From Acidobacteriota bacterium (GTDB lineage: Bacteria; Acidobacteriota; UBA6911): 64,000 nucleotides of DNA. Under the pieces are notes generated by a model. The model did no database searches, was not told the origin of the DNA, and saw only the letters and a program-made list of their open reading frames with translations. The stretch is from assembly GCA_050011535.1 (NCBI GenBank), contig JBEKIX010000005.1:1347-65346 (forward strand). Reading direction: 5' to 3'. Position 1 is the first letter of the stretch; each line of letters opens with the position of its first letter. Of this stretch, positions 9,580-20,172 are shown in pieces. The translations under genes were made by a program, and so were the position numbers.

Positions 9580-11283
9580 GTGGTGACCAAACGAACTATC
9601 GACATCAGGTTTTACTCGCTGCTGTTCGCTTTGGGAATAGCCTCTTTTCTGTATGGTGCGCGGCAGCCGGGTAAGGGTTCCGATCAGCAACAGGCCAAGA
9701 CCGACGGCCAGTCCCAGACTCAGGTGCCTCCGCCTCAGCGGCCCCCCGCAAAGCCCAAACAAAAGGCTGAGAACACGTTGGACAGCCATTACAAAAAGTG
9801 GCTGGACGAAGACGTGCGCTATATCATCACGCCGGAGGAGAAAAATATTTTTAAAGCACTCACCACCGACGAAGAACGTGAAAACTTCATCGATGGATTC
9901 TGGGCCCGAAGGAATCCGGACCCGCGCGAGCCGACCAATACGTTTAAGATAGAGCACTATCGCCGAATTCTCTATGCCAACGAGCATTTCGCCTCCGGGA
10001 TCCCCGGGTGGAAAACGGATCGTGGGATGATCTACATCATATACGGCGAACCCGATGGAAAAGAATCGCACCCCTCAGGCGGCAGTTATCAGCGCGAGTT
10101 CTGGGAAGGCGGCGGCGAAACGAGCGTATATCCGTTCGAGCGCTGGCGCTATCGTCACATAGATAATGTCGGTGATGATGTCGAGCTCGAATTCGTGGAT
10201 AAGACGATGACGGGCGAATATCGGCTTACCTCTGATCCGGAAGAGAAGGATGCTCTTCTGAACGTCCCGAACGCGGGATTGACCGATAACGAGCAGATGG
10301 GCCTCAGTCAGAAATCGGACCGCGTCAACTACGGCTATCAGGATCAAACCAACTTCCAGCGCTCCAAGGACGCGCCGTTTGAGCGCATGGCGCGCTACTT
10401 CAACGTTCAGCGCCCGCCGCAGATTAAGTTCACGGACCTCAGGAGCCAGGTAAACATCCGCATTTTCTACAATCAGCTTCCTTACACGTTGCGAACCGAT
10501 TTTATCAAGCTCTCGCAGGACCAGGTGCTGGTGCCGATCTCCATTCAGTTGGACAACAAGGACCTCCAATTCAAGAAGGAGATGCAATTCAATCGAACCA
10601 ACGTCCATGTTTACGGTGTAGTGAGCAGCCTGACGGGCAACGTCATCGCCGAGTTCGAGGACGATATTCACTCTGAGTATACGGACGAGACCTTCCAGCA
10701 GGGAAAAACCAAGCAGTCCATCTATCAGCACATCGTGCGGCTGCAGACCGGGCAGCGCTACAAGCTGGATTTGATTCTTAAGGATATAAACGCCGGCACC
10801 GCCGGCTCGATGAGCTATATGATCCCGGTCCCGAAATTCGATGGAGATGCACTGCAGTCCAGCAGCGTGATCCTGGCGAACGCAGTCTCGACGGTCGCTC
10901 CGACCTACGACCGGCTGGAGCAGTTTGTGATCGGGGACATGAAGGTGCAGCCGAACGTCAAGTCCGAGTACGTCAACGGGCAGGCTTTGATTCCGTATCT
11001 GCAGGTTTACAATGTCGCGCTCGATCAGACCACGCTTGAACCGTCGCTGCAGATTTCTTACACGATCAAATCCGGCGATACGATCGTGAAAGACGTCGAG
11101 GACATGAAGGGAAGATCGGCTCAATTTGTTTCTGGCCAGCGGGTTGTCATTGTGAGTGGTTTCCCGATCAAGGATATGGCGCCCGGCAAATACACCTTGG
11201 AAATCAAGGTTCTGGACAAGATTTCCAACAAGACGCTGATCATAAGCGCTGCGTTCCAGGTGATGGGCTCCTCTGGAACATAG
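9580..11283 (+). CDS. GWxTD domain-containing protein (PEP-CTERM/exosortase-associated family)
   Basis: Contains the GWKTDRG motif and a conserved DxRYIITPEEKNIF / FWARRNPDP region. GTG start with AGGAG RBS and signal-anchor. Confidence 0.8.
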   Translation: MVTKRTIDIRFYSLLFALGIASFLYGARQPGKGSDQQQAKTDGQSQTQVPPPQRPPAKPKQKAENTLDSHYKKWLDEDVRYIITPEEKNIFKALTTDEERENFIDGFWARRNPDPREPTNTFKIEHYRRILYANEHFASGIPGWKTDRGMIYIIYGEPDGKESHPSGGSYQREFWEGGGETSVYPFERWRYRHIDNVGDDVELEFVDKTMTGEYRLTSDPEEKDALLNVPNAGLTDNEQMGLSQKSDRVNYGYQDQTNFQRSKDAPFERMARYFNVQRPPQIKFTDLRSQVNIRIFYNQLPYTLRTDFIKLSQDQVLVPISIQLDNKDLQFKKEMQFNRTNVHVYGVVSSLTGNVIAEFEDDIHSEYTDETFQQGKTKQSIYQHIVRLQTGQRYKLDLILKDINAGTAGSMSYMIPVPKFDGDALQSSSVILANAVSTVAPTYDRLEQFVIGDMKVQPNVKSEYVNGQALIPYLQVYNVALDQTTLEPSLQISYTIKSGDTIVKDVEDMKGRSAQFVSGQRVVIVSGFPIKDMAPGKYTLEIKVLDKISNKTLIISAAFQVMGSSGT

Positions 11284-11412
11284 AACCCAGGCTCAGACGC
11301 AATTCTGTAATGTTCGCTCGGGCAGGGGCGCGGCGTGCCGTGCCCCTGTTCTCATTTGGGGACTGTGTCTCGTCAGTTCCTCCCCGGATAAACTCAAACG
11401 AAGCGGTCGCCG

Positions 11413-12393
11413 ATGAACGTATCTGTCGTCATCCCAACATGGAGAGGCCGAAACCTGCTGGAGAGTTACCTCCCGTCTGTACTGCACGCGGCTGTTTTTT
11501 ATGAAAAACAAACCGGCTGTGAAACCGAAGTCATCGTAGTGGAAGATGCGGGCGGCGACGGCACACCCGATTGGCTGAGAGGCGCGTACCCAGACCGGGT
11601 TCGTGTCATGGAGCACGACTACAACAAGGGATTCGCCGCGGCCTGCCAGACTGGCTTCGAAGCCGCGCGCTACCCGGTCGTGTTGCTCCTCAACAACGAC
11701 GTGCGTCTGCGTCAGGATTGCATAGAACCGCTCGTGGCACATTTCGCCGGTGCCGGGATGTTCGCAGTCACCGGCAAGCTCTTGAACCAGGGGGAAGAGA
11801 CCTTCTGCAACGGCGGCAAGGTGGCTCGTTTCCGCCGGGGCATGTGGAGCACCTACCAGAATTACGACCTCCTTCCCGGCGCCGGTCGGACCCAGCCGTT
11901 GCTTTCCTTCACCGCAATCGGTGCCTTCTCCGCTTATGACCGCGCCCGGTTTTTGGACCTCGGCGGGTTCGATCCGCTTACCGCAATGGTAGAGGACGTC
12001 GAGCTTTCTTATCGGGCGTGGAAGCGCGGCTGGACTATCGAGTATGAGCCCCGCAGCATCGCGTATCACGACGCGAGCCAAACCATGGACCGGCGTTATC
12101 GACGCCGGGCGCTCGACAAGATTTCGCGCCGGAGCCGCATCCTCATGCACTGGATGCTGCTGCACGATCCGCGAATGTTCCTCCGGCATCTCGCGTCGAT
12201 AGCGATCCGCATTCTGACGAGCTGGCTGGTCCTCGACTGGCGCTTCTATTGGGCGATTTGCACCGGCTTGGCCCATCTTCCCGCGATTCTGAAAAAGAGG
12301 CGCGCGACGCGCCGGACTATGACTCGGACGGATAAGGAACTGCTCGACATGCTTCAGCGCTTTTACCAAACAGCCCCGATTGCGCTACACTAG
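11413..12393 (+). CDS. family 2 glycosyltransferase
   Basis: MNVSVVIPTWRG ... DAGGDGT ... LLNNDV shows the GT-A fold DxD region. Confidence 0.85.
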   Translation: MNVSVVIPTWRGRNLLESYLPSVLHAAVFYEKQTGCETEVIVVEDAGGDGTPDWLRGAYPDRVRVMEHDYNKGFAAACQTGFEAARYPVVLLLNNDVRLRQDCIEPLVAHFAGAGMFAVTGKLLNQGEETFCNGGKVARFRRGMWSTYQNYDLLPGAGRTQPLLSFTAIGAFSAYDRARFLDLGGFDPLTAMVEDVELSYRAWKRGWTIEYEPRSIAYHDASQTMDRRYRRRALDKISRRSRILMHWMLLHDPRMFLRHLASIAIRILTSWLVLDWRFYWAICTGLAHLPAILKKRRATRRTMTRTDKELLDMLQRFYQTAPIALH

Positions 12394-12399
12394 GCCCCC

Positions 12400-13149
12400 A
12401 TGGAACGAATCTCGGCCACGCTGATTACCCATAACGAGGCGGCCAACATCGAGGAAGCGCTCCGGTCGCTGGCTTGGACCGACGAGATCGTCGTGGCCGA
12501 CAGCGGCAGCACGGATGCAACCGTGGAGATCTGCCGCCGCTACACCGGAAAAGTGTTCGCGCGGCCCTGGACCGGCTTTGTCGATCAGAAGAATTATGTC
12601 GTCGAAAAAGCAAGCCACGATTGGATTCTCTCGCTGGATGCGGACGAGCGCGTCACCCCCGATCTGACGGGCGAGATCGAGGCTCTGCGGCGCAACGGCC
12701 TCCGGTTCGCGGGATATCGCATCCCGCGCGTCGCATTCTTCATGGGCCGCTGGATCCGACACGGGGATTGGTACCCGGATTATCAACTGCGGCTCTTCGA
12801 TCGCAGGCGCGGCCGCTGGCAGGGCGGGCGCGTCCACGAATCGGTCCGGATCGAGGGAACGCCCGGCGTTCTTCGCGGCCAAATCCATCACTACACGTAC
12901 CGCAGCCTCTCCGATTACCTGCGGCGCCTGGAGACATATTCCACTCTGGCGGCCCAGGACTATATGCAAAGGGGTAAGACCGCGTCCGCGGCAAAGCTGA
13001 TGGCGCATCCGGCGGCTACATTCCTGAAAGCCTATCTGCTGAAACGAGGTTTTCTGGACGGTGCGCCCGGCCTGATGGTGGCGGCAATGGGCGCCGTTTC
13101 CGTTTACTTCAAGTACGCAAAACTCTACGAGCTGCAGAGAAATCGGTGA
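12400..13149 (+). CDS. family 2 glycosyltransferase (LPS core KdtX/WaaE-like)
   Basis: ISATLITHNEAANIEEAL ... SLDADERVTPDL is a typical GT2 lipopolysaccharide-core glycosyltransferase signature. Confidence 0.85.
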   Translation: MERISATLITHNEAANIEEALRSLAWTDEIVVADSGSTDATVEICRRYTGKVFARPWTGFVDQKNYVVEKASHDWILSLDADERVTPDLTGEIEALRRNGLRFAGYRIPRVAFFMGRWIRHGDWYPDYQLRLFDRRRGRWQGGRVHESVRIEGTPGVLRGQIHHYTYRSLSDYLRRLETYSTLAAQDYMQRGKTASAAKLMAHPAATFLKAYLLKRGFLDGAPGLMVAAMGAVSVYFKYAKLYELQRNR

Positions 13150-13172
13150 CAGACAGCTGTCTGTCACCGATT
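13141..13172. terminator. 32-bp perfect palindrome AATCGGTGACAGACAG|CTGTCTGTCACCGATT overlapping the GT2 stop
   Basis: Seen directly: 16-bp perfect arms with no loop, followed by TTCTG. Acts as a terminator or a protein-binding dyad. Confidence 0.5.
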
Positions 13173-13196
13173 TCTGTATGGCAGGATAGGTCTTAT

Positions 13197-14045
13197 ATGA
13201 AAATCATGGTGATCGGATGTCGCGGCATGCTGGGAACCGATCTGATGCGGACTTTTGCTTCCCACGATCCCCAGGGGCTCGACTTGCCGGAGTTCGATAT
13301 CACGGACCCAAAGCAGTGCCGCCAACGCATATCGGCGTTTGGTCCGGGCACCATCATACACGCCGCGGCTTTGACCAATGTCGATTACTGCGAATCGCAC
13401 GAGGAAGAGGCATTGCTTGTCAATGGCACGGGTACAGGCAATTTGGCGGCTGCGGCACATGCCGTGTCCGCGCTGCTGGTCTATTACAGCACCGATTACG
13501 TTTTCGACGGAACCAGCCAGGACGGATACCGCGAGGATGACGCCACAAATCCCATCTGCGTCTACGGCAAATCGAAACTGCGCGGTGAGGAACTCGTGCG
13601 CTCTTTGTGCCCGAACCATCTGATTCTGCGGACATCCTGGCTCTTCGGCTGCCATGGCAAGAATTTCATCCGCACGATCGTGGATGCCGCGAGGGAGGGC
13701 CGGCCGTTGCGCGTCGTAAACGATCAGCGCGGAAGTCCGACTTACTCGCTGGATCTGGCAGCACGCACTCTGGCCATGCTGGAAGCCGGCTGCCGGGGGA
13801 CCTACCACACAACGAACAGCGGCGCCTGCACATGGTACGAACTCGCGCTCCGTTGCGTGCAATGGGCCGCGGTGCCGCAGGCGAGCGTCGAGCCGGTCCG
13901 CACAGACCAGTACCCCCGCCCGGCGCCTCGCCCTGCCAATTCGATTCTCGCGAACACGCGCATGTTGCGGGAAGGGTTCGAGCCGATGAGGCCGTGGCAG
14001 GAAGCCGCGCGCGATTACATTGCAAGCTGTTTGTCCAAGTCTTGA
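13197..14045 (+). CDS. rfbD: dTDP-4-dehydrorhamnose reductase
   Basis: MKIMVIGCRGMLGTDL shows the NAD(P)-binding Rossmann start, with the YSTDYVFDG catalytic motif of RmlD. Confidence 0.88.
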   Translation: MKIMVIGCRGMLGTDLMRTFASHDPQGLDLPEFDITDPKQCRQRISAFGPGTIIHAAALTNVDYCESHEEEALLVNGTGTGNLAAAAHAVSALLVYYSTDYVFDGTSQDGYREDDATNPICVYGKSKLRGEELVRSLCPNHLILRTSWLFGCHGKNFIRTIVDAAREGRPLRVVNDQRGSPTYSLDLAARTLAMLEAGCRGTYHTTNSGACTWYELALRCVQWAAVPQASVEPVRTDQYPRPAPRPANSILANTRMLREGFEPMRPWQEAARDYIASCLSKS

Positions 14046-14163
14046 CCTGTGTTACATTTGTGCTAAGGTGTCTGCTCTGGGAGCAGGCATGGCGCTTTCC
14101 CGAAGCGAAGTCGTCGCCCGCTGCTTCTTGATCACATAGCGGCGGTCATTCGGATCGGAATTC

Positions 14164-14631
14164 ATGGACAAGGCGGCCTCCGGCGAGAAGCTCGTGGCTT
14201 CAAACCGGAAAGCATTTCACGATTATTTCATTCTGGAAAAGTTTGAGGCCGGGATTGCCCTCCTCGGCACGGAAGTGAAGTCGATCCGCGAAGGCCGGGT
14301 CAATTTGAAGGACAGCTTCGCGCTCGTCAAGGATGGCGAGCCTTATTTGATGAATTGCCACGTCAGCCCCTACTCGCACGGCAACCGGGAGAATCACGAT
14401 CCCACGCGCACGCGGAAATTGCTCCTGCACCGCAAGGAAATCCGCAAGCTCATCGGGAAGACCCAGGAAAAGGGGCTGACCCTGATTCCGCTGCGAGTCT
14501 ACTTGACCCGGGGCCGGGTCAAGGTGGAACTCGGCGTCGCGCGCGGCAAGAAGGAATACGACAAACGCGAGACCGAACGAAGGAAGGAAGTGGACCGCGA
14601 AACCAGAGCAGCAATGAAGACACGACGCTAA
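14164..14631 (+). CDS. smpB: SsrA-binding protein SmpB
   Basis: Diagnostic [29 protein letters not shown] near the N-terminus and a basic C-terminal tail. Confidence 0.95.
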   Translation: MDKAASGEKLVASNRKAFHDYFILEKFEAGIALLGTEVKSIREGRVNLKDSFALVKDGEPYLMNCHVSPYSHGNRENHDPTRTRKLLLHRKEIRKLIGKTQEKGLTLIPLRVYLTRGRVKVELGVARGKKEYDKRETERRKEVDRETRAAMKTRR

Positions 14632-14649
14632 AAGAGACCGGAGACGCTC

Positions 14650-16131
14650 ATGAGAATCGAGTTCCAGCCCAATAACTTTTCCGACGTCGAATGTGACCTG
14701 CTGGCCCATCCTGTATTTGAAGACGAAGCCCGCGATGGAACCTCCCTCCGGGCGCTGGACAACGCCACGAAAGGCGTGGCGTGTTCGGTGCTTTCCTCCG
14801 GTGAGTTCAAGCCGGAGCTGCACCATACATGTCTCATCCACCGTCCGGCACGGATCAAGGCGCAGCGCCTGCTTCTCGTGGGCGCGGGAAAAGAGCGTGA
14901 ATACACACTTGCCAGGCTGAGGGAAGTGGCGGGCACCGCCGTCCGCGCCGCCCGCACCGCGCATTGCGGGAGCGTCGCGCTCTGGCTGCGCAGGACCATC
15001 ACGGCGCCTGAAGCGATCCGCGTCGCGGCAGAAGGCGGGCTGCACGGCAATTACGAGTCTGAGATCTACAAGACCCGCGAAGTCGAAACCCAGGAAGTGG
15101 AACGGCTCATCCTTCTCAGTGAGCGCAAGATGCGACGGGGCGAGGTGAATGAGGGAATTCGCAGGGGAACCATCATCGGCAACGCCGTGAATTTTGCGCG
15201 CACGCTGGGAAACGAGCCCGCGAATATCCTGACCCCGGCCCGGCTCGCGGAGCGGGCGCTGGCGGAGGGTGCCAGGTCCGGTCTCGAGGTCCAGGTCCTC
15301 GAGCGCGACGAGATGGAAAAACTCGGAATGAACGCCCTGCTCGCGGTAAGCCGCGGCAGCGAGCAGCTGCCCAAGCTGATCCTCCTGCGCTTCCCGGGCA
15401 TGAAACCTCAGAAGAAGACTCCTTGTTTTGCTCTCGTCGGCAAAGGCGTCACGTTCGACAGCGGCGGGATTTCCATCAAGCCTACGGAAAAAATGGAGGA
15501 CATGAAGGCGGACATGTCCGGGGGCGCTGCCGTGATCGCCGCCATGAGCGCGCTCGCCGAACTCGGGTCGCAGCGCCCGGTTATGGGGCTGATTCCAGCC
15601 GTGGAGAATCTGCCGAGCGGCAGCGCAACCAAGCCGGGAGACGTAGTGAAGTCCTTCCTCGGAAAGACCATCGAAATCATCAACACCGATGCCGAAGGCC
15701 GGCTGATCCTCGCCGATGCTCTAGCCTATGCGCGCACGCTCGGCGCCAACCGCCTGATCGACATCGCGACCCTGACCGGAGCTTGCGTGGTGGCGCTGGG
15801 CCACATCAACGCTGGCATGATGGGAACGGATCTGGAAACCCTGGAGCGCCTGAAATCGGGGAAAAGCATCACCGGCGAACGATTCTGGCCGCTGCCGCTC
15901 GACGACGAGTACCGGAAGGTGATCCGCAGCGAAATCGCGGACATCAAGAACATCGGCGATCGCTGGGGTGGCGCCATCACTGCGGCGAAGTTCCTGCAGG
16001 AGTTCGTCGAGGACACACCGTGGGTGCACCTGGACATCGCCGGTGTCGACCTCGATCACGACGGCCAACCCTTTGCGGCCAAGGGTGCTACCGGCTTCGG
16101 CGTCCGCTCCCTCATCCAGCTCTTTACGTGA
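14650..16131 (+). CDS. pepA: leucyl aminopeptidase (M17)
   Basis: NTDAEGRLILADALAYA signature and the VGKGVTFDSGGISIKP metal-binding motif. Confidence 0.93.
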   Translation: MRIEFQPNNFSDVECDLLAHPVFEDEARDGTSLRALDNATKGVACSVLSSGEFKPELHHTCLIHRPARIKAQRLLLVGAGKEREYTLARLREVAGTAVRAARTAHCGSVALWLRRTITAPEAIRVAAEGGLHGNYESEIYKTREVETQEVERLILLSERKMRRGEVNEGIRRGTIIGNAVNFARTLGNEPANILTPARLAERALAEGARSGLEVQVLERDEMEKLGMNALLAVSRGSEQLPKLILLRFPGMKPQKKTPCFALVGKGVTFDSGGISIKPTEKMEDMKADMSGGAAVIAAMSALAELGSQRPVMGLIPAVENLPSGSATKPGDVVKSFLGKTIEIINTDAEGRLILADALAYARTLGANRLIDIATLTGACVVALGHINAGMMGTDLETLERLKSGKSITGERFWPLPLDDEYRKVIRSEIADIKNIGDRWGGAITAAKFLQEFVEDTPWVHLDIAGVDLDHDGQPFAAKGATGFGVRSLIQLFT

Positions 16132-16197
16132 GGGGGTCGTACCTTCAAAATTCAATTTTCCCCACCAAATATTGGATTTTGAAGGTACGACCCCCTC
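16130..16197. terminator. 22-bp perfect inverted repeat hairpin (loop 24 nt) at the pepA stop
   Basis: GAGGGGGTCGTACCTTCAAAAT ... ATTTTGAAGGTACGACCCCCTC with perfect complementarity. Confidence 0.6.
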
Positions 16198-16245
16198 ACA
16201 ATTGGAATTATTTAAACCACTGGAGTCGTTTCGGCGTCTATATCT

Positions 16246-17574
16246 TTGAATACATCCGCGACATCCTATTTTGGATTGGAGCCGACACACTTGCCCGGCA
16301 CTCAGGGATGGGCTCGAAAAAGTGTAAAGGTTGCGCTTGTGCTGGTCGCTTTCATGGGCACAATTGCCGCCGCAATCCTCTGGACATCACATCACGCTGC
16401 GATCAAGCTGTCACTGGCTCAGACTCAAAACGCCCCTGCCTCTTCCCAAAACTCATCGTCCTCGGACATCGTCGAAGTAAAAAGAGGCGAGATCACGAAG
16501 ATCTTGCTTCTGAGCGGTGAGTTGAGGGCGGTGCACGCCCGCTCCGTATTTGCCCAGTCTCCGCAAGAGACCAAGATAACGTATCTGGCGCCGGAAGGCA
16601 GTGTTGTCAAGCCGGGCGACCGGCTTATGGAGCTGGACGGCGGCACCATGATCCAGAAGATCAAGGATCTGGAGGAGAAGATCGTCGCCGCCGACAATGA
16701 GATCCTCAAGACCCAATCCGGCCATGAGGCCGCGTTGCGCGATATGGATGTGCAGCTCAGCCAGCTCTGGCTCACTCTCGAGCAGGCAAAGATCAAGGCC
16801 ACGCCACCCGTTGACCTTGTCCCGCGCCGCGATTATCAGGAGAATCAGCTCGCGCTCGCCAAGGCGACGACGGAGTATGCAAACCAGGTGACCAAGATCG
16901 AGCAGACGAAAAAACAACAGGCTGCCGAACTGGAGGCGAAACTGATCGACAGAAAAAGCCTGGATGGCCAGCTGGAACAAGCGCGCAGAAACCTCGACGA
17001 CGTGACTGTCAAAGCTCCTTCCGAGGGAATGGTGATTTACAGCGACCACTGGGACGAAAGAAGGAAGATTCAGGTAGGCGATGTCGTTTGGAGCGGACTC
17101 ACCGTGCTACAGCTGCCGGATTTGCGCGAGATGGAAGTCTTTGCTCAGGTCAACGAAGTGGATGGACCCAGAGTATCGCCGGGCCAAAAGGCCACGATAC
17201 GGCTCGACAGCTATCCGGATGTGCAGATCTCCGGATCGGTGCGGGAAATCTCCCAGACTGCGATCAAGGCCGGCTGGATGGCGAAGGCGAACGTTTTTGG
17301 AGTGACCATCAGTCTCGACTCGACCATGACCGGGATCATGAAACCCGGAATGTCGGCCCAGGTCGCCATCGACATCGATCGGTCAGGGCCCCAGCTTCTC
17401 GTTCCACGTTCGGCCGCCAGATTCGACAAAGACGTCATTGAAGTCATCAGGATTGAGTCCGGCGGCGCGCGCAGACCGGTCGCCGTCACCGTCCTGATGT
17501 CGGATGCATTCCAGTTTGCTGTTGCTCAGAACGGCGCTCTCAAAGAAGGGGATCGAATTCTTTCCGGCCGCTAG
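16246..17574 (+). CDS. HlyD-family efflux periplasmic adaptor (membrane fusion protein) 1
   Basis: N-terminal TM, a long coiled-coil (KIKDLEEKIVAADNEILKTQ...) and a C-terminal beta-barrel region. Confidence 0.85.
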   Translation: MNTSATSYFGLEPTHLPGTQGWARKSVKVALVLVAFMGTIAAAILWTSHHAAIKLSLAQTQNAPASSQNSSSSDIVEVKRGEITKILLLSGELRAVHARSVFAQSPQETKITYLAPEGSVVKPGDRLMELDGGTMIQKIKDLEEKIVAADNEILKTQSGHEAALRDMDVQLSQLWLTLEQAKIKATPPVDLVPRRDYQENQLALAKATTEYANQVTKIEQTKKQQAAELEAKLIDRKSLDGQLEQARRNLDDVTVKAPSEGMVIYSDHWDERRKIQVGDVVWSGLTVLQLPDLREMEVFAQVNEVDGPRVSPGQKATIRLDSYPDVQISGSVREISQTAIKAGWMAKANVFGVTISLDSTMTGIMKPGMSAQVAIDIDRSGPQLLVPRSAARFDKDVIEVIRIESGGARRPVAVTVLMSDAFQFAVAQNGALKEGDRILSGR

Positions 17575-17634
17575 CCGAAAGCTCTCGAACTTCGCTCGAT
17601 GTGCGTTCGAGACCGCCGGAGTTGGAGAAACGAG

Positions 17635-18912
17635 ATGTCCTGGAGAAGCGGTTTCACCCGTGCACTGATTCTCCTTGTGATTGCGGGCGTTGTCGCGGGA
17701 ACGGCCATCTTGCGACCATCGCTATTGCCTCATTCACTTGGCAGCCTGCTCTCGAGTGGTCACGACCATGTCGATGAATTGACCGTCTTGCCCAAATCAC
17801 TGAGCTTCGGGGTCGATGCGACCGGCATCCTGCGGGCGACTTCCGTGCAGTACTTCGGCGCACCGCCGGAGTTCGGCAGTTACTGGGAGTTTCAGATTGT
17901 CAGCATGGCTGCCGAAGGGAAGACCGTCAAAAAGGGAGAATCTCTGATCTCTTTCGATGCACAAAAGGTCAGAGAGGATCTTCAGCGGTTTCAGAACGAG
18001 CTGGAGCAGGCGGCCAAGGAACTCGAGCGGACCCGGGATCAGATCGACCTGGAGAACCAGGAACTGAGTGCAAAACTGGCGGACGTAGAGAACCGATATC
18101 AGAAGATGCGCTTGAAGCAGGAAGGGATAAGCCCCGACCTGCAGGCGTTCAGGGACATAGAATTGGACCGCCTGTCCGTGGAGCAGGCGCGCCGTGAAGT
18201 CGAGGCGCTGAAAGACCGCATCCGCTGGCATCAGAGCTCGAGCGACGCCACGGTCAAGATCATCGCGAGCAAGAAAGCCCGGGCGGAAAATCAAGTCGAG
18301 GAAATCAAGAGAGGCATGGAGGGTTTTGAGGTCAAATCCGATCGCGACGGGATCCTTGTCTACAAGTTGAAATGGAACAACAACCGCTATCAGGTCGGAG
18401 AGACCTGCTATTCGGGGCAACCCTTGATGGAGATCCCTGACCTGAACACAATCCTGGTCGAGGCCAATGTTCCTGAGGTCGACATCGGAAAAGTCAAGCC
18501 CGGGCAGCACGTGGAGGTCTCGATTGATGCCTTGCCGGGAAGTTCTTTCCCCGGCGCAGTGAAGAGTGTCGGCACACTGGTCCGCACCAAATCCTGGGAC
18601 GTCCCGAACAAGGTTTTGGAAGTGCTTATTTCCCTCGAGCACGTGGACCCCGCAACCATGAGGCCGTCGATGACAATCCGCGCGCGGATTGAGACGGCGG
18701 CTTACAGCGACGTGCTGGCGATTCCGCTCAGCGCGGTGCGCACGGTCGCAGGAAAGGTGGTGGTTAGGGTGAGGGAGGGCACGCAATGGCGCGATCGCAG
18801 CGTTGAATTGGGCGAGTCCAACGGTACCGAGGTCATCGTCAGGCAAGGCCTGCAACCGGGTGATCGAATTGCAACCGACTACATCAAAACCTCTACCGGG
18901 TCTGCAAAATGA
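17635..18912 (+). CDS. HlyD-family efflux periplasmic adaptor 2
   Basis: TM plus coiled-coil plus lipoyl/beta-barrel architecture, paralogous to its neighbours. Start at MSWRSG with a GGAG RBS. Confidence 0.85.
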   Translation: MSWRSGFTRALILLVIAGVVAGTAILRPSLLPHSLGSLLSSGHDHVDELTVLPKSLSFGVDATGILRATSVQYFGAPPEFGSYWEFQIVSMAAEGKTVKKGESLISFDAQKVREDLQRFQNELEQAAKELERTRDQIDLENQELSAKLADVENRYQKMRLKQEGISPDLQAFRDIELDRLSVEQARREVEALKDRIRWHQSSSDATVKIIASKKARAENQVEEIKRGMEGFEVKSDRDGILVYKLKWNNNRYQVGETCYSGQPLMEIPDLNTILVEANVPEVDIGKVKPGQHVEVSIDALPGSSFPGAVKSVGTLVRTKSWDVPNKVLEVLISLEHVDPATMRPSMTIRARIETAAYSDVLAIPLSAVRTVAGKVVVRVREGTQWRDRSVELGESNGTEVIVRQGLQPGDRIATDYIKTSTGSAK

Positions 18913-20165
18913 AAAAGCCGTTGAAGACTCTGCGCACAACTGTCGCCACCATTGTCATCCTGGCAATTGCCTCCATGGGGGTCTGGGCGGCTTGGCGCGC
19001 GTGGCCCGCGCATTCTTCGGACCTGGTTCCGCTGACCATGAAGGTGGAAGCCGGAGATTGGACCATCAACATTACCGCCTCAGGGGAACTCCAGGCTGCC
19101 GAATCCGTCGCGGTGGCCGTGCCGAACGTGCCTGTCAACGGATTGCGTCTCGCCAGCGCCATACCCGACGGCCGGCGGGTGAACAAAGGGGATGTGCTGG
19201 TCGAGTTCGATCCGGCCGAGCTTAATCTTCAGGCGCTGGACCACCAATCGAGCCTCGCGATGGCCAACCAGAAAATAACCCAGGGTGAGATCGGCAACGA
19301 AATAGAAAAGGCGGATTTGCAGAGAGACAGGAAACTGGCGGAACTCGAGCTTCAGAAGATCAACGAATTTCTCCCGCGGGACGTACAGATCTACTCCCGG
19401 CGGGAAATCGTGGAAGGGGAACTCGACAAGAATTACAGCGAGCAGAAGATCGTCTTTGCCGATGCCCGGCTCGAACTCAAGGATAAGGTCTACTCCCTCG
19501 ATGAGGCGATTCTTCTGCTCGAACGGAAACAGGCGGAAAACAAGATCTCCCAGGTCGAGAAGGGCCTCGCTGCGGTCAAACTTCTCGCGCCCCGGGCCGG
19601 GATTGTGGTTTACAACAACCCGGGCTATTACGTGAGCGGGTCGATGCTTACACCCGGAAGGGTTCTCTGGAGCGGCCTGACTCTTCTGAACCTGGTCAAT
19701 CCCGACCAGATGGAAGCCCGGTGCTACGTCCTCGAGAAAGATGCCGGAGAGTTGCGCGCCGGAGAGCAGGTGACGGTCACGCTCGACCCGTACCCCGGCG
19801 TCCCGTTTGGCGGCCGCATCAAGAACATCGACCGGCTGGCCCGCCCGCTGGATAGCGACTCACCGGTGAAGTACTTCCAGACGGTTATCGCGCTCGACAA
19901 GACCGATACGAAGCTGATGAAGCCCGGTGTCAAAGTCAAAGCCGCAATTTCCGCGCTGCTGCTGAAGTCGGCAATCGTGGTGCCGCGCAGCGCTATCGCA
20001 AAGAAAGATGCGGGCTATGTCATTTTCGTGCAGAAAACCGCGGATCGTTTCGAGGCAATTCCGGTCAAATTGGGGCGGGGAGATCTCATCAAAGTTGAAA
20101 TCGTGGAAGGCATCAAACCGGGGCAAATCATTGCGCTCAACCCTCCTGACATGAAGCAGGAGTGA
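18909..20165 (+). CDS. HlyD-family efflux periplasmic adaptor 3
   Basis: Same architecture. The ATGA start/stop overlap with adaptor 2 indicates translational coupling. Confidence 0.85.
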   Translation: MKKPLKTLRTTVATIVILAIASMGVWAAWRAWPAHSSDLVPLTMKVEAGDWTINITASGELQAAESVAVAVPNVPVNGLRLASAIPDGRRVNKGDVLVEFDPAELNLQALDHQSSLAMANQKITQGEIGNEIEKADLQRDRKLAELELQKINEFLPRDVQIYSRREIVEGELDKNYSEQKIVFADARLELKDKVYSLDEAILLLERKQAENKISQVEKGLAAVKLLAPRAGIVVYNNPGYYVSGSMLTPGRVLWSGLTLLNLVNPDQMEARCYVLEKDAGELRAGEQVTVTLDPYPGVPFGGRIKNIDRLARPLDSDSPVKYFQTVIALDKTDTKLMKPGVKVKAAISALLLKSAIVVPRSAIAKKDAGYVIFVQKTADRFEAIPVKLGRGDLIKVEIVEGIKPGQIIALNPPDMKQE

Positions 20166-20172
20166 GGAGATC